Of a DNA stretch of 64,000 nt, positions 9,082 to 18,318 are shown piece after piece. The translations under genes and the position numbers were made by a program. The notes under the pieces are model-generated. The model was given only the letters and a program-made list of their open reading frames with translations, did not search any database and had not been told where the DNA came from. Source of the stretch: an uncultured Phycisphaerales bacterium (GTDB taxonomy: Bacteria > Planctomycetota > Phycisphaerae > Tepidisphaerales > Tepidisphaeraceae); NCBI GenBank assembly GCA_963758525.1, contig CAVWVQ010000003.1, forward strand, positions 3,296,001-3,360,000, written 5' to 3'. Position 1 is the first letter of the stretch. Each line of letters opens with the position of its first letter.

Positions 9082-10080
9082 CTACGAGGCCCGCGCGACG
9101 GCCGTCGGCGGAGCGGGGATCTTCAGAATCTCGCCGAGCTTGAGCTTGCCCTTGTTCGGGCCAATCTTGTCTTTATTCAGCTCGTACAGGTGATCGGCCT
9201 CTTCGCCGGAGCCATAGAGACGCATCGAAATCTTGTAGAGGCTGTCGCCGGAAACCACGCGATACTCTTTCTGGGCGTCTGACGCCGGCACGACGGTCTT
9301 GCCGGCGTCGGATGCTCCGCCTGCGGCAGGCTTCTGGGCGCTCTTGCTCGATGACTTCAGCTCTGACGCGTCGGGGAGATTGATGACCGTTCCGGGCCGC
9401 AGGCGGTTTGGGTTGATCTTTGGATTCGCCTGGGCGATCTGATCGTAATACCGCGAATCACCGTAGACCGCCTTGGAGATCGATGCGAACGTCTCGCCGC
9501 GCGCAACCTTGTGCGTGCGAGCTCCTGGCGATGCGGGGGTGTCCACCGGCGCCGGCTTGCTGTTGTCAGCCGCAACAGGCTGATCAACCGGGCTGGCGGA
9601 TGCTGGGGGATTGGTCGTCGAGCCCGCATCGGGAGCGGGGAGCTGCTGGCTCAGTGGCAGCACCGCGCTGACGACCGGGATATTGGGGTCGGGCGACTGT
9701 GTTACCACCGGCGATGCGGACGAATTGTTGGCATCGGAGGCGACGGGCGCGGGCGTATTGCCGGCAAGCAGACCGACCCAGTCGGTGTTCTTTTTTGCGT
9801 CTGCCGCGGGCACCGGCGCAGGCGTATCCGTTGCCTCCTGCGGCACGGGCGCGATGATCGGCGGCGGGAGGGTAATGCTGGCGCTGGTTTCCGGCACGGG
9901 AGCCGGCGGCGTCGTCGGAGCGGGGATGTCGCTCCCCGAATTCGCCCCGGTCTTATCGAGCGTCACCTGGTTGTTGTGTTTCTTGGAGCCGCTGACGACG
10001 ACTCCCCAGACGATCAGCACCGCCAGAAGCACTCCCCCGATCGCCAGTCCAATATGCAGGTCTTTTCGCACGGTGGGCAT
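9082..10080 (-). CDS. Membrane-anchored protein with two LysM domains
   Basis: N-terminal TM, Pro/Ala linker, HKVARGETFASISKAVYG and YRVVSGDSLYKISMRLYG. Confidence 0.9.
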   Translation of the reverse strand: MPTVRKDLHIGLAIGGVLLAVLIVWGVVVSGSKKHNNQVTLDKTGANSGSDIPAPTTPPAPVPETSASITLPPPIIAPVPQEATDTPAPVPAADAKKNTDWVGLLAGNTPAPVASDANNSSASPVVTQSPDPNIPVVSAVLPLSQQLPAPDAGSTTNPPASASPVDQPVAADNSKPAPVDTPASPGARTHKVARGETFASISKAVYGDSRYYDQIAQANPKINPNRLRPGTVINLPDASELKSSSKSAQKPAAGGASDAGKTVVPASDAQKEYRVVSGDSLYKISMRLYGSGEEADHLYELNKDKIGPNKGKLKLGEILKIPAPPTAVARAS

Positions 10081-10142
10081 CCTTTCCCAATCGAATGAGT
10101 TGTTTGCAGCGTTGAACAATCCCGCGACACACGCTGCGAAAT

Positions 10143-10170
10143 CCGTTTAGCTGCTGCCCCAAGGGCAGCG
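10143..10170. repeat. 28-bp REP-like palindrome, copy 1
   Basis: CCGTTTAGCTGCTGCCCCAAGGGCAGCG; 2 mismatches to 14083-14110. Confidence 0.7.
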
Positions 10171-10184
10171 CGTCTTCGCAATCT

Positions 10185-13100
10185 TCACGTCCCCGCGCGT
10201 TCAAGTTGCGCGGCGGGTCGCTCGTTGCGCGAGGGCGGCTGTTGCTTGTTTCCCAGAAGAAGAATTGGCGCCGCGATCGCTACCGACGAGTACGTTCCAA
10301 CCAATATGCCAACCAGCAACACGAAAGTAAAGCCGTGAATGCCGGGTCCGCCAAAGAAATACATAATTGTGACAGTCATGGTGGTCGTTCCCGCCGTCAG
10401 CAACGTGCGCGACAACGTCTGATTCACCGCGTCGTTGATGATCTGCCGGCTGACCAGACCGTACTTCCCACGGTTCTCTCGGATACGGTCGAAGACGACG
10501 ATGGTATCGATCATCGAATATCCCATGATGGTGAGAATGCCCGCGACGACCACCAGGTTGATGCGGAACGGCTCAAGCGCCAGCACCTCCCGAAGGCCCG
10601 GGACGAGCACCAGATAGTGGGCAATCCCCAGGGCCGCCACGACGAAGATGGTGTCGTGCAGCAGCGCGACCACGGTGGCGGTTCCATATTTGAGATTACC
10701 GAACCGCACCCAGATGTATGCCATGATCACGACCACCGACATGCCCAGTGCCATAAACGCGTCTTTCTGGGTGTCGCCCGCGACGGCGGCGTTAAAATTC
10801 TCCACCTTCTGCAGCTGCGCGGGCCTGCCGATGGCGTCAGTCGTCACTTTCCACATCGGGCCGGCCAGTTGCGTCTGCCATTGATCCTTGTCCTTGTCAT
10901 ATGGAATCGCATCGTCGCGCACCAGGATGACGGCAAGGTCAGTGGGCGCGTCCGCACCCCTGGGCGATTGAACGACAAACTCGCGCTGGGCCGCCAGCGG
11001 CGAGGTATCGGATTGCAACTGCTGCTCCACGATCCGCTGGCGGATGACGTTGGTCGACAGCGGCGGATCGAGATGATTCAGCACAATTGCCGCGCCGCCC
11101 GAATAGTCGCGCGCGGCCGGCGGAATAAATCCATCCGGCCACTGCTTCGCATCTGCCAGGATCTCCTTCGTGAGCGGCAGGACCGCTGGCGGGGTCATTT
11201 TCAATGCATCGCCGATCGACGAGGAACTGCCGTCAAATTTCGAAGGCAATGACGCCTGCAGACGATTGCCAAGCACCTTGAGCACTTCATTCTTCACCTC
11301 CACGCTGTTGGCGTTGGGGGTGATGATCTCGTAAGCCGTGTTCGTCCCGCCATCGGCGGATTGCACTGCCACGATGCTCGGCGAGGGAATCGCCTTGGCG
11401 TCGGCGGAGTCAAACAGCTTGCGGACGTCTTCAATCGGCGTCGGCTGCTTGAGCTCAAAGTCGACCGACGTTCCCGACGCAAACTCGATATCGAGCATTT
11501 CGCCCGAGCGGGCCTTCTGCACGAACATCGCCATGCCGACGGTGATGGCGATCACGCTGAAGACGACAAAGCCCCAGACGAGCCTCATCCAGTCGATGTT
11601 TGGACGCAGCAGTTTGTCCCACTTCGGGTGGGTCAGCGGGAAGCTCGAAAGGTTCCTGATGTGGAACGTGTCGATTAGCACGTCGAAGATCGTTCGCGTG
11701 ACAAACAGCGCGGTAAACAAGCTGGCCACGATCCCGATGATGAGGGTGATCCCGAAGCCTTTGACTTCCTCGGTGCCGAACAGAATCAGCGCCATCGAGG
11801 TGATGACGGTGGTCATGTTGGAGTCGACGATGGCGCTGAATGCCTTCCCATAGGCGTTGCGCAGCGCCATGCGCAAGGACAGCCCGCGATGCTGCTCTTC
11901 GCGAAGCCGCTCGAAAATGAGGACGTTGGCATCGACGGCGGTGCCGATCGTCAACACGATGCCGGCGATGCTCGGCAGGGTAAACGTGGCGTTCAGCGCC
12001 GCCATCGTTCCTAAAATCAGCAGCACGTTCATGAACACCGCGAACGTGGCGACCACGCCCGCGAGGTAGTAATAGCTGATGAGGAAGACTGCGACGACAA
12101 TCAGGCCAAGCCCGCAGGCGACCAGACCGTGTTTGAGATTGTCCTCGCCCAACTGCGGGCCGACGGTCTTTTCACTGATCGGCTCGTCCGCCAGCTGCGC
12201 CGGAAGACTTCCGGCGGTGAGCGTGTTGATCAGATATTCCAGATCGCTCTCACTGAAGCCATCGGCGCCGCCATCGATCTGACCCCGGTCGGAGATGCGC
12301 GATTGAATGGTGGCGACGTTGATGATCTTGTCATCCAGCACCACCGCCATCGGCTTGCGCAGGTTGTTGCCGGTCATGTTGCCAAACGCATTGCCGCCGG
12401 CGGGATCGAACGAAAACGCCACGACAGCGTCCCCTTTTTCGCCGGCGCCGCGGCTCGCATCGGTCAGTGCCCATGCCGGCTGTCCGACGCGATGATCCAG
12501 CGATTTCTCCGGCGTCACCCAGAGCAGTGCATACGGCTTCCCGTTGTACAGGGTGGTCGGCGTGTGGGTGGCCTCAGGCTTGTCCACCTGATACCAGCGC
12601 ATCCGATCGTTCGCTTCAACGCGCGGCCCCTCGCTCTGCAGGCGCTGCCGCATTCGCGAGATTTCCGCTCGATCGGCGGTCGTGAGGTCCGGGTCGCGAT
12701 CGTCCACAACGATATGAAATTCGAGGACCCCCGAGCCGCGCAGCATGCGCTTGAGATCTTCGGTGTCATCGATGGCGTTCTTCAGTTTCGCCTGCGCGTT
12801 GGCCGCGGCGACGTAATCATCGATCGCCTTGAGACGCGCGCCGAAACCTGCAAATCTGCTTTTGAGGGCGGCAATGGCCGCAGCGGGGTCGGGAGCGGAA
12901 AGCGCATCGTCCAGCTCGCTGACGCGCAGATTGGTTGAATCCAGCGGATCAACCCCCGTGCTCGCAGAGGGCTGAAGGATCTGCTGATACTCAGCGCGCA
13001 GGCGGGCCTCCAGATCCGCGTTGTGCGCCTGATGTGCCGCCTCCAGCTTGTCCCAGGTGCTCGTCAGCTTCGCGAACAGCGCTTCGCGGGCGGGATCACC

Positions 13101-13592
13101 GTCGGCAAAACGCGCCAAATCAGCCCGCGTCCGCCCATTCTTTTGCTCAACCGCGTCTGTCACATCAGAAGCCCGCACATTGGTGGCCTCCAGCGCCGAG
13201 CGTGCTGCCAGGACCTGCTCGCCCGCTTCGCGGCGCTTGGCCGCGTTTTCGTGTGCGTTGCCGGAGAAGGGCATCTGGATTTCCAGACGATCGTTGCCTT
13301 CGGGGCGCCAAATGAGATTTCGCTGACCGAACGGATCGACGCGGCGCTTCAGCGCAACCATGACGCGCTGCGCCAGGTCGTCCTTGCCCTGCAACCCGCC
13401 GGGCGGCTTCTTGATCTCATACAGCAGGCTGGTTCCGCCGACGATGTCGATGCCCGGATTCAGGTTCAGCCAGTGGTCGATCTTCTCGGAAGGGTGCGCC
13501 AGCTTGACGAGCACCGGCGAAAAAATCGCCACCAGCGCGCACCCCAGCGCCAGCAGCACGACAAATAGCCTCGACCCGTGTTTCTCAGACAT
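10185..13592 (-). CDS. secDF: Fused protein translocase SecDF
   Basis: GIDIVGG, AGIVLTIGTAVDANVLIFERLREE, GYSMIDTIVVFDRIREN, GTYSS. Confidence 0.96.
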   Translation of the reverse strand: MSEKHGSRLFVVLLALGCALVAIFSPVLVKLAHPSEKIDHWLNLNPGIDIVGGTSLLYEIKKPPGGLQGKDDLAQRVMVALKRRVDPFGQRNLIWRPEGNDRLEIQMPFSGNAHENAAKRREAGEQVLAARSALEATNVRASDVTDAVEQKNGRTRADLARFADGDPAREALFAKLTSTWDKLEAAHQAHNADLEARLRAEYQQILQPSASTGVDPLDSTNLRVSELDDALSAPDPAAAIAALKSRFAGFGARLKAIDDYVAAANAQAKLKNAIDDTEDLKRMLRGSGVLEFHIVVDDRDPDLTTADRAEISRMRQRLQSEGPRVEANDRMRWYQVDKPEATHTPTTLYNGKPYALLWVTPEKSLDHRVGQPAWALTDASRGAGEKGDAVVAFSFDPAGGNAFGNMTGNNLRKPMAVVLDDKIINVATIQSRISDRGQIDGGADGFSESDLEYLINTLTAGSLPAQLADEPISEKTVGPQLGEDNLKHGLVACGLGLIVVAVFLISYYYLAGVVATFAVFMNVLLILGTMAALNATFTLPSIAGIVLTIGTAVDANVLIFERLREEQHRGLSLRMALRNAYGKAFSAIVDSNMTTVITSMALILFGTEEVKGFGITLIIGIVASLFTALFVTRTIFDVLIDTFHIRNLSSFPLTHPKWDKLLRPNIDWMRLVWGFVVFSVIAITVGMAMFVQKARSGEMLDIEFASGTSVDFELKQPTPIEDVRKLFDSADAKAIPSPSIVAVQSADGGTNTAYEIITPNANSVEVKNEVLKVLGNRLQASLPSKFDGSSSSIGDALKMTPPAVLPLTKEILADAKQWPDGFIPPAARDYSGGAAIVLNHLDPPLSTNVIRQRIVEQQLQSDTSPLAAQREFVVQSPRGADAPTDLAVILVRDDAIPYDKDKDQWQTQLAGPMWKVTTDAIGRPAQLQKVENFNAAVAGDTQKDAFMALGMSVVVIMAYIWVRFGNLKYGTATVVALLHDTIFVVAALGIAHYLVLVPGLREVLALEPFRINLVVVAGILTIMGYSMIDTIVVFDRIRENRGKYGLVSRQIINDAVNQTLSRTLLTAGTTTMTVTIMYFFGGPGIHGFTFVLLVGILVGTYSSVAIAAPILLLGNKQQPPSRNERPAAQLERAGT

Positions 13593-13655
13593 GGAAACCG
13601 TCCTCAGTTCCTCGTTCCGCAATGCTCAGATCGAATCATCCCCCACCGTCATCCT

Positions 13656-14003
13656 CTATTTTACCACGGCCTTTTCGTCCTCGATCACGCTCGCGATCGC
13701 CTTTCGGGAAAATTTAATTTTGGTGTTGTTGCTTTCATCCACCTTTACCACCACGTCGCTCTCGCGCGCTTCCACGACGGTTCCAAGGATCCCGCCGATG
13801 GTCTGGATGCGGTCCCCGCGCTTGAGATCCTTGAGCCGGTTGGTCAACTCCTTGTCTCCGCCGCGCTTGCTGCGGAGAAAATAAATCCAGACGACCACCA
13901 CCACGATCATCATGGGGAACTGGAAGCTGTGAAAAAACGGGTACCAGCCCGGGGGCTGTTTATCCGAGGCGGCGTCCGCGAGAAATGCCATGAACGTGCT
14001 CAA
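13656..14003 (-). CDS. yajC: Preprotein translocase subunit YajC
   Basis: TM followed by LKRGDRIQTIGGILGTV; lies between tgt and secDF. Confidence 0.95.
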   Translation of the reverse strand: MSTFMAFLADAASDKQPPGWYPFFHSFQFPMMIVVVVVWIYFLRSKRGGDKELTNRLKDLKRGDRIQTIGGILGTVVEARESDVVVKVDESNNTKIKFSRKAIASVIEDEKAVVK

Positions 14004-14082
14004 TTACAATCTCCTGCTGCAACGACTCAGTCGTCGGCGTTGCGATGCTATGTGACCCCGCGCAATAACGCGCTTCCCAAAA

Positions 14083-14110
14083 CCGTTTAGCGGCTGCCCC
14101 GAGGGCAGCG
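14083..14110. repeat. 28-bp REP-like palindrome, copy 2
   Basis: CCGTTTAGCGGCTGCCCCGAGGGCAGCG. Confidence 0.7.
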
Positions 14111-14145
14111 TTCATCCGCACCAGCGCTTACTAGCGCTAGTTCAT

Positions 14146-15297
14146 CTAAGGCTCCGCGCGACTTGCGGCGGAGCCCGGTCCAAGACCCGTCCGCGGGTCA
14201 TCCCGGCGAAACGCATCGAAGGTTCCGTCGGCAATCGCCTGGCGGATGTCTGCCATCAGGCGTTGGTAGAACCGCATATTATGCACGGATGCGAGCACCG
14301 GGCCAAGCATCTCGCCCGCGCAAAAAAAGTGGCGGATCGCCCCCCGCGTGAAGTTGCGGCAGGCATAACAGTCGCAGTGTGCCTCGATCGGCTCCCCATC
14401 CCGCGCCAGTTTGCTGTTCCGCAGCCGCAACGGTCCCTCAGCCGTGAACGCATACGCATTCCGCCCGTTTCGCGTCGGCAGCACGCAGTCGAACATGTCG
14501 ATTCCGCTCGCCACCGCGGCCACGATATCCCGCGGAAAGCCCACGCCCATCAGGTATCGGGGCCGATCTGCGGGCAGCAGCGGTCCTACCTGCTGCAAAA
14601 TATTGCGCATCGCTTCGAAACCCTCTCCAACCGCCAGCCCGCCAAGAGCATAACCCGGGAAGTTGAATTCCGAGAGTCGTTCAAGGCACTGGGCGCGTAA
14701 CGCCGGGTCTGTTCCTCCCTGCACGATCCCAAAAAGCGATTGCTCGTCCGGCCGCCCGTGAGCGGCGACGCATTCCCTGGCCCACTTGATCGTCCGTTCC
14801 ACTGCCGACCGCTGCACGTCCACCGGCGCATCGCCCGGAGGGCATTCGTCAAACGCCATGATGATGTCTGCGCCAAGTGCGTTCTGCACTTCGATGCTCC
14901 GCCTCGGCGTCAGCATCACCGTCGACCCGTCCACATGACTCTGAAACTTCACGCCGTCATCGCTAATCCGGCTGATATCCGCCAACGAGAAAACCTGAAA
15001 CCCGCCGCTGTCGGTCAAAATCGGCCCTTTCCAGCTCATGAACCGGTGCAATCCACCCAATTCGCGAACGACACTTTCGCCAGGCCGGAGCATTAAATGG
15101 TAGGTGTTTGCCAGAATGATCTGCGACCCGGTGGCCGCAACATGATCGGGGAGAATGCCTTTGATCGATCCCTGGGTGCCGACCGGCATGAACGCGGGAG
15201 TATCGAACCCGCCATTGCGCGTCGTCACACGTCCAGTTCGCGCGTGCGAAGCTAAATCAGTTGCCGAGATGCTAAAATCGAGCGGTCGATCCATCAT
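14146..15297 (-). CDS. tgt: tRNA-guanine transglycosylase
   Basis: TPAFMPVGT, ANTYHL, TDSGGFQV, DMFDCVLPTR, zinc site CDCYAC...H. Confidence 0.97.
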   Translation of the reverse strand: MMDRPLDFSISATDLASHARTGRVTTRNGGFDTPAFMPVGTQGSIKGILPDHVAATGSQIILANTYHLMLRPGESVVRELGGLHRFMSWKGPILTDSGGFQVFSLADISRISDDGVKFQSHVDGSTVMLTPRRSIEVQNALGADIIMAFDECPPGDAPVDVQRSAVERTIKWARECVAAHGRPDEQSLFGIVQGGTDPALRAQCLERLSEFNFPGYALGGLAVGEGFEAMRNILQQVGPLLPADRPRYLMGVGFPRDIVAAVASGIDMFDCVLPTRNGRNAYAFTAEGPLRLRNSKLARDGEPIEAHCDCYACRNFTRGAIRHFFCAGEMLGPVLASVHNMRFYQRLMADIRQAIADGTFDAFRRDDPRTGLGPGSAASRAEP

Positions 15298-15550
15298 GGA
15301 GGACGATCATCGGGAACACTCGTGCGGGATCAACAGCATTGTCCCGACGGAACCGACGGTGCAAGCACCGTCGGCGTTCTGCGCGCGGGAAGCGTCTTCC
15401 GGGGACGGGAGGGGGTCAGCAAGCAAATCTGCTTGATTCAACGCCGAGCGATGCTTGCACTCTCGGTTCTTCGCTTCTCCCGCACGCCCGCGGCTCAGAG
15501 ATCTTCGCGTTTGCTTCCCTTCCCACCCATGCCGGGGGAGGGGCTTCTCA

Positions 15551-16312
15551 TCATGACAGTTTCTCGACCTTCTCGCTCTGCAATGCCGATCGCCAGCGCG
15601 CGGGGACCGCTTCCCAGGCTGATTGGTAGGTTGATTCGAGCGGCAGCGGGACGTAGATCTCTGCGGTGAGGAAGAGCGGCATCTCGGGCAGGGCGGCACC
15701 TACCGCCACCGGCTCGATGAACGCCTCCTGGCAAATGCCTCCGATGTAGGACGCCATGGTCAGCGGGCGATCCGCCGGAAGGAGAAAGTCGCTGGTGTCC
15801 AATTCATCCCAAATCACTTTGTGAATCCCTTGGGGATCGCGCGGGCCTGGCGGAAACGGATCGATGACCACCAGGTGAATCCCGCCGCGAAGCAGTTGGG
15901 AGGCTTTTTCGACAAACGTGCGGATGGCACCGGGAGTGCTCTTGTTTCCGGGGGAGACGATTCCGATGACGGCAACCGTGCGGTCACCGCTGACGTGCTT
16001 GATCGCTATTCGGCTGGCCTTGGCAGCGTAGATGTCCGCCTCGGTTCGCGCCTGGAATGATACTTTTGGCGGGACAGTCGCCAGAGCCACCCCGCCGCCG
16101 GATTCCCCGCCGCTTTGCTGGCCCGCTGATCTGTCCGGTCCTTCGAGCGTTAGCACGTCGGGACCGAACCCGCCGGCAAGTTGCTCAGCCAGCGCATAAT
16201 AGTCCGGCGGGAGAAGCCTTCGGTTTAGCGCGCGCTTTATCTCCTCAATCCAAGCATGGTGGAAATCGTGAAAGATACCCGCCTTGACCCGCGTCCAATC
16301 GTGAATGGGCAT
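15551..16312 (-). CDS. DUF4058 family protein (restriction-endonuclease-like fold)
   Basis: MPIHDWTRVxAGIFHDFH start, PDV, IVSPGNK, HLVVID; GGAG RBS. Confidence 0.85.
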   Translation of the reverse strand: MPIHDWTRVKAGIFHDFHHAWIEEIKRALNRRLLPPDYYALAEQLAGGFGPDVLTLEGPDRSAGQQSGGESGGGVALATVPPKVSFQARTEADIYAAKASRIAIKHVSGDRTVAVIGIVSPGNKSTPGAIRTFVEKASQLLRGGIHLVVIDPFPPGPRDPQGIHKVIWDELDTSDFLLPADRPLTMASYIGGICQEAFIEPVAVGAALPEMPLFLTAEIYVPLPLESTYQSAWEAVPARWRSALQSEKVEKLS

Positions 16313-16461
16313 TGTTTCTCCGTGATTGGCCGCCGCGGGCTGGCCGATGGCCATTATACCCGGCCGCGACGATTTGCCTCAAATCACTGGAACAATGAAA
16401 CGATGGGGGCAACACAAAAGGCGTGGCCCCGGCTTGACGCGATGTGCCACGTCCTTTCGAG

Positions 16462-16600
16462 CAAGAAGAGAAATTGCCACGAAAAGACGCAAAAGACACA
16501 AAAAAAAGATGCAGGGGATGAGAGCACATTTCTGCTGCTCCTCGACCCTCTATTTCCCCTTTTGTGTTTTTGTGTTTTTGTGGCGATTCTCTTTCTCTTG
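16462..16600. repeat. Long imperfect inverted repeat built of ~9-mer units
   Basis: GCCACGAAAAGACGCAAAAGACACAAAA vs TTTTGTGTTTTTGTGTTTTTGTGGC. Confidence 0.65.
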
Positions 16601-16738
16601 CCCGTATTTTTTCCCGGTCGTGATCTCGCGACGAATCCCTAACTTAAAACACCGCGCATTCTGTGGCCCACCCGGAAAAGGAGGGCCTGTCACAGCGCGG
16701 GTTGTGCGCGGCCTGCGGCTCCGCGAGAATCGGTCGCG

Positions 16739-17503
16739 ATGAATGGCGTCGCGGTCAACATCACGGGCGTGGAGCGAACATTTCCCAACGGCGTACGCGC
16801 TCTTCAACAGATCACGCTCGCGATCGATCCCGGCGAATTCGTCGCCGTCGTCGGTCCCTCAGGCTGCGGCAAATCGACGCTGCTTCGCCTTGTCGCAAAA
16901 CTCGACAACGCGCAGGCCGGGTCCGTTACGCTCGATCCTGATGACGCGCATCAACTTGCTTTTGTCTTCCAGGACGCGCAGCTCCTCCCCTGGCGGAATG
17001 TGCTGCAAAATGTCGCCGTTCCGCTGGAGCTGATGCACGTCTCAAAGCCTCAGCGGCTCGAAGCGGCCCGCGCCGCGATCGCGCAGGTCGGCCTCGCCGA
17101 CGCGGCAGATCGATATCCGAACCAGCTCTCCGGCGGCATGCGCATGCGCGTGTCGCTGGCGCGAGCGATGGTCACAAAGCCGCGGCTGCTGCTGATGGAC
17201 GAGCCGTTCGCGGCGCTGGATGAAATCACCCGCCAGCGGCTGGACGAGCAACTTCTCTCGCTCTGGTCTTCCAGCGGGGCGACCGTGTTGTTCGTCACGC
17301 ATTCGATCGCCGAGGCGGTCTTTCTCTCGCAGCGGGTGGTGGTCATGTCGCCGCGCCCCGGCCGGATCATTCTCGACCGCAAAATCGATCTGCCGGCGCA
17401 GCGCGTGGCGCAGCTTCGCGGCACGGCGGAGTTCGCCGCGCAGACCAAAGACCTCTTCGAGGCGTTGCGCCAGGAGACAGAAGCGGCGGGGAGCGCTGCA
17501 TGA
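16739..17503 (+). CDS. ABC transporter ATP-binding protein (NitT/TauT family)
   Basis: GPSGCGKS, FQDxxLLPW, LSGGM, DEPFAALD, VTHS. Confidence 0.93.
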   Translation: MNGVAVNITGVERTFPNGVRALQQITLAIDPGEFVAVVGPSGCGKSTLLRLVAKLDNAQAGSVTLDPDDAHQLAFVFQDAQLLPWRNVLQNVAVPLELMHVSKPQRLEAARAAIAQVGLADAADRYPNQLSGGMRMRVSLARAMVTKPRLLLMDEPFAALDEITRQRLDEQLLSLWSSSGATVLFVTHSIAEAVFLSQRVVVMSPRPGRIILDRKIDLPAQRVAQLRGTAEFAAQTKDLFEALRQETEAAGSAA

Positions 17504-18255
17504 GGCGAATCGTTCCGCCGGTGCTCGTGCTGATGTTCGCTGTCGCCGCGCTGGAAATGGCGGTTCGCTGCCTGGGAGTCTCGACATACCTCGTGCCGCC
17601 TCCCTCGCTGGTCGTGAAGGTCATCTTTCAAAACACGGAGAATCTTCCGCAAAAAATGTGGGAGACGGGCATGGCGGCGGTGATCGGCCTGGTTCTGAGC
17701 GGCATCCTCGGGATCGCTCTGGCGATCGCGCTCTCGTCGGCACAATGGATTCAGCGGGCCTTCTATCCGTATGCGGTCTTCTTTCAGACCGTCCCGATCA
17801 TCGCGATCGCGCCATTGCTGGTCATCTGGCTCGGCTACGGACAACCGACGGTCATTGCCTCGGCCTTCATCGTTTCGATCTTCCCGATGATCGCCAACAC
17901 CTTGGCCGGGCTGACCGCAACTGACCCGGGTCTGCGCGACATGTTTCGGCTGTACGACGCAGGCCCTGTCGCAACGCTGCTGAAGCTGCGGCTCCCCTCC
18001 GCGCTCCCGCAAATCATGACGGGACTGCGCATCTCATCCGGATTGGCTGTCATCGGCGCCATCGTCGGCGAATTCATCGGCGGGGGAGGGCTCGGTGCGG
18101 TCATCGAAGTGGCGCAGCGACAGCAGCGCGCCGACATCTGCTTCGCGGCGATCGTGCTCGCGTCCCTCCTGGGACTGGCGATGTTCGGCGTCGTCAATCT
18201 GGTGAGCATCGTCGCGCTCGGGCGGTGGCATCCTTCGGAAGGCGCCAGGGACTGA
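17500..18255 (+). CDS. ABC transporter permease (NitT/TauT family)
   Basis: QTVPIIAIAP, LRLPSALP, GAIVGEF; ATGA overlap with ATPase. Confidence 0.92.
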   Translation: MRRIVPPVLVLMFAVAALEMAVRCLGVSTYLVPPPSLVVKVIFQNTENLPQKMWETGMAAVIGLVLSGILGIALAIALSSAQWIQRAFYPYAVFFQTVPIIAIAPLLVIWLGYGQPTVIASAFIVSIFPMIANTLAGLTATDPGLRDMFRLYDAGPVATLLKLRLPSALPQIMTGLRISSGLAVIGAIVGEFIGGGGLGAVIEVAQRQQRADICFAAIVLASLLGLAMFGVVNLVSIVALGRWHPSEGARD

Positions 18256-18318
18256 GAAAACGACGGGAATGACCCCGGCAGTCATTGCCTGTTCACGCGG
18301 TCTTACACCTGGTCACGA

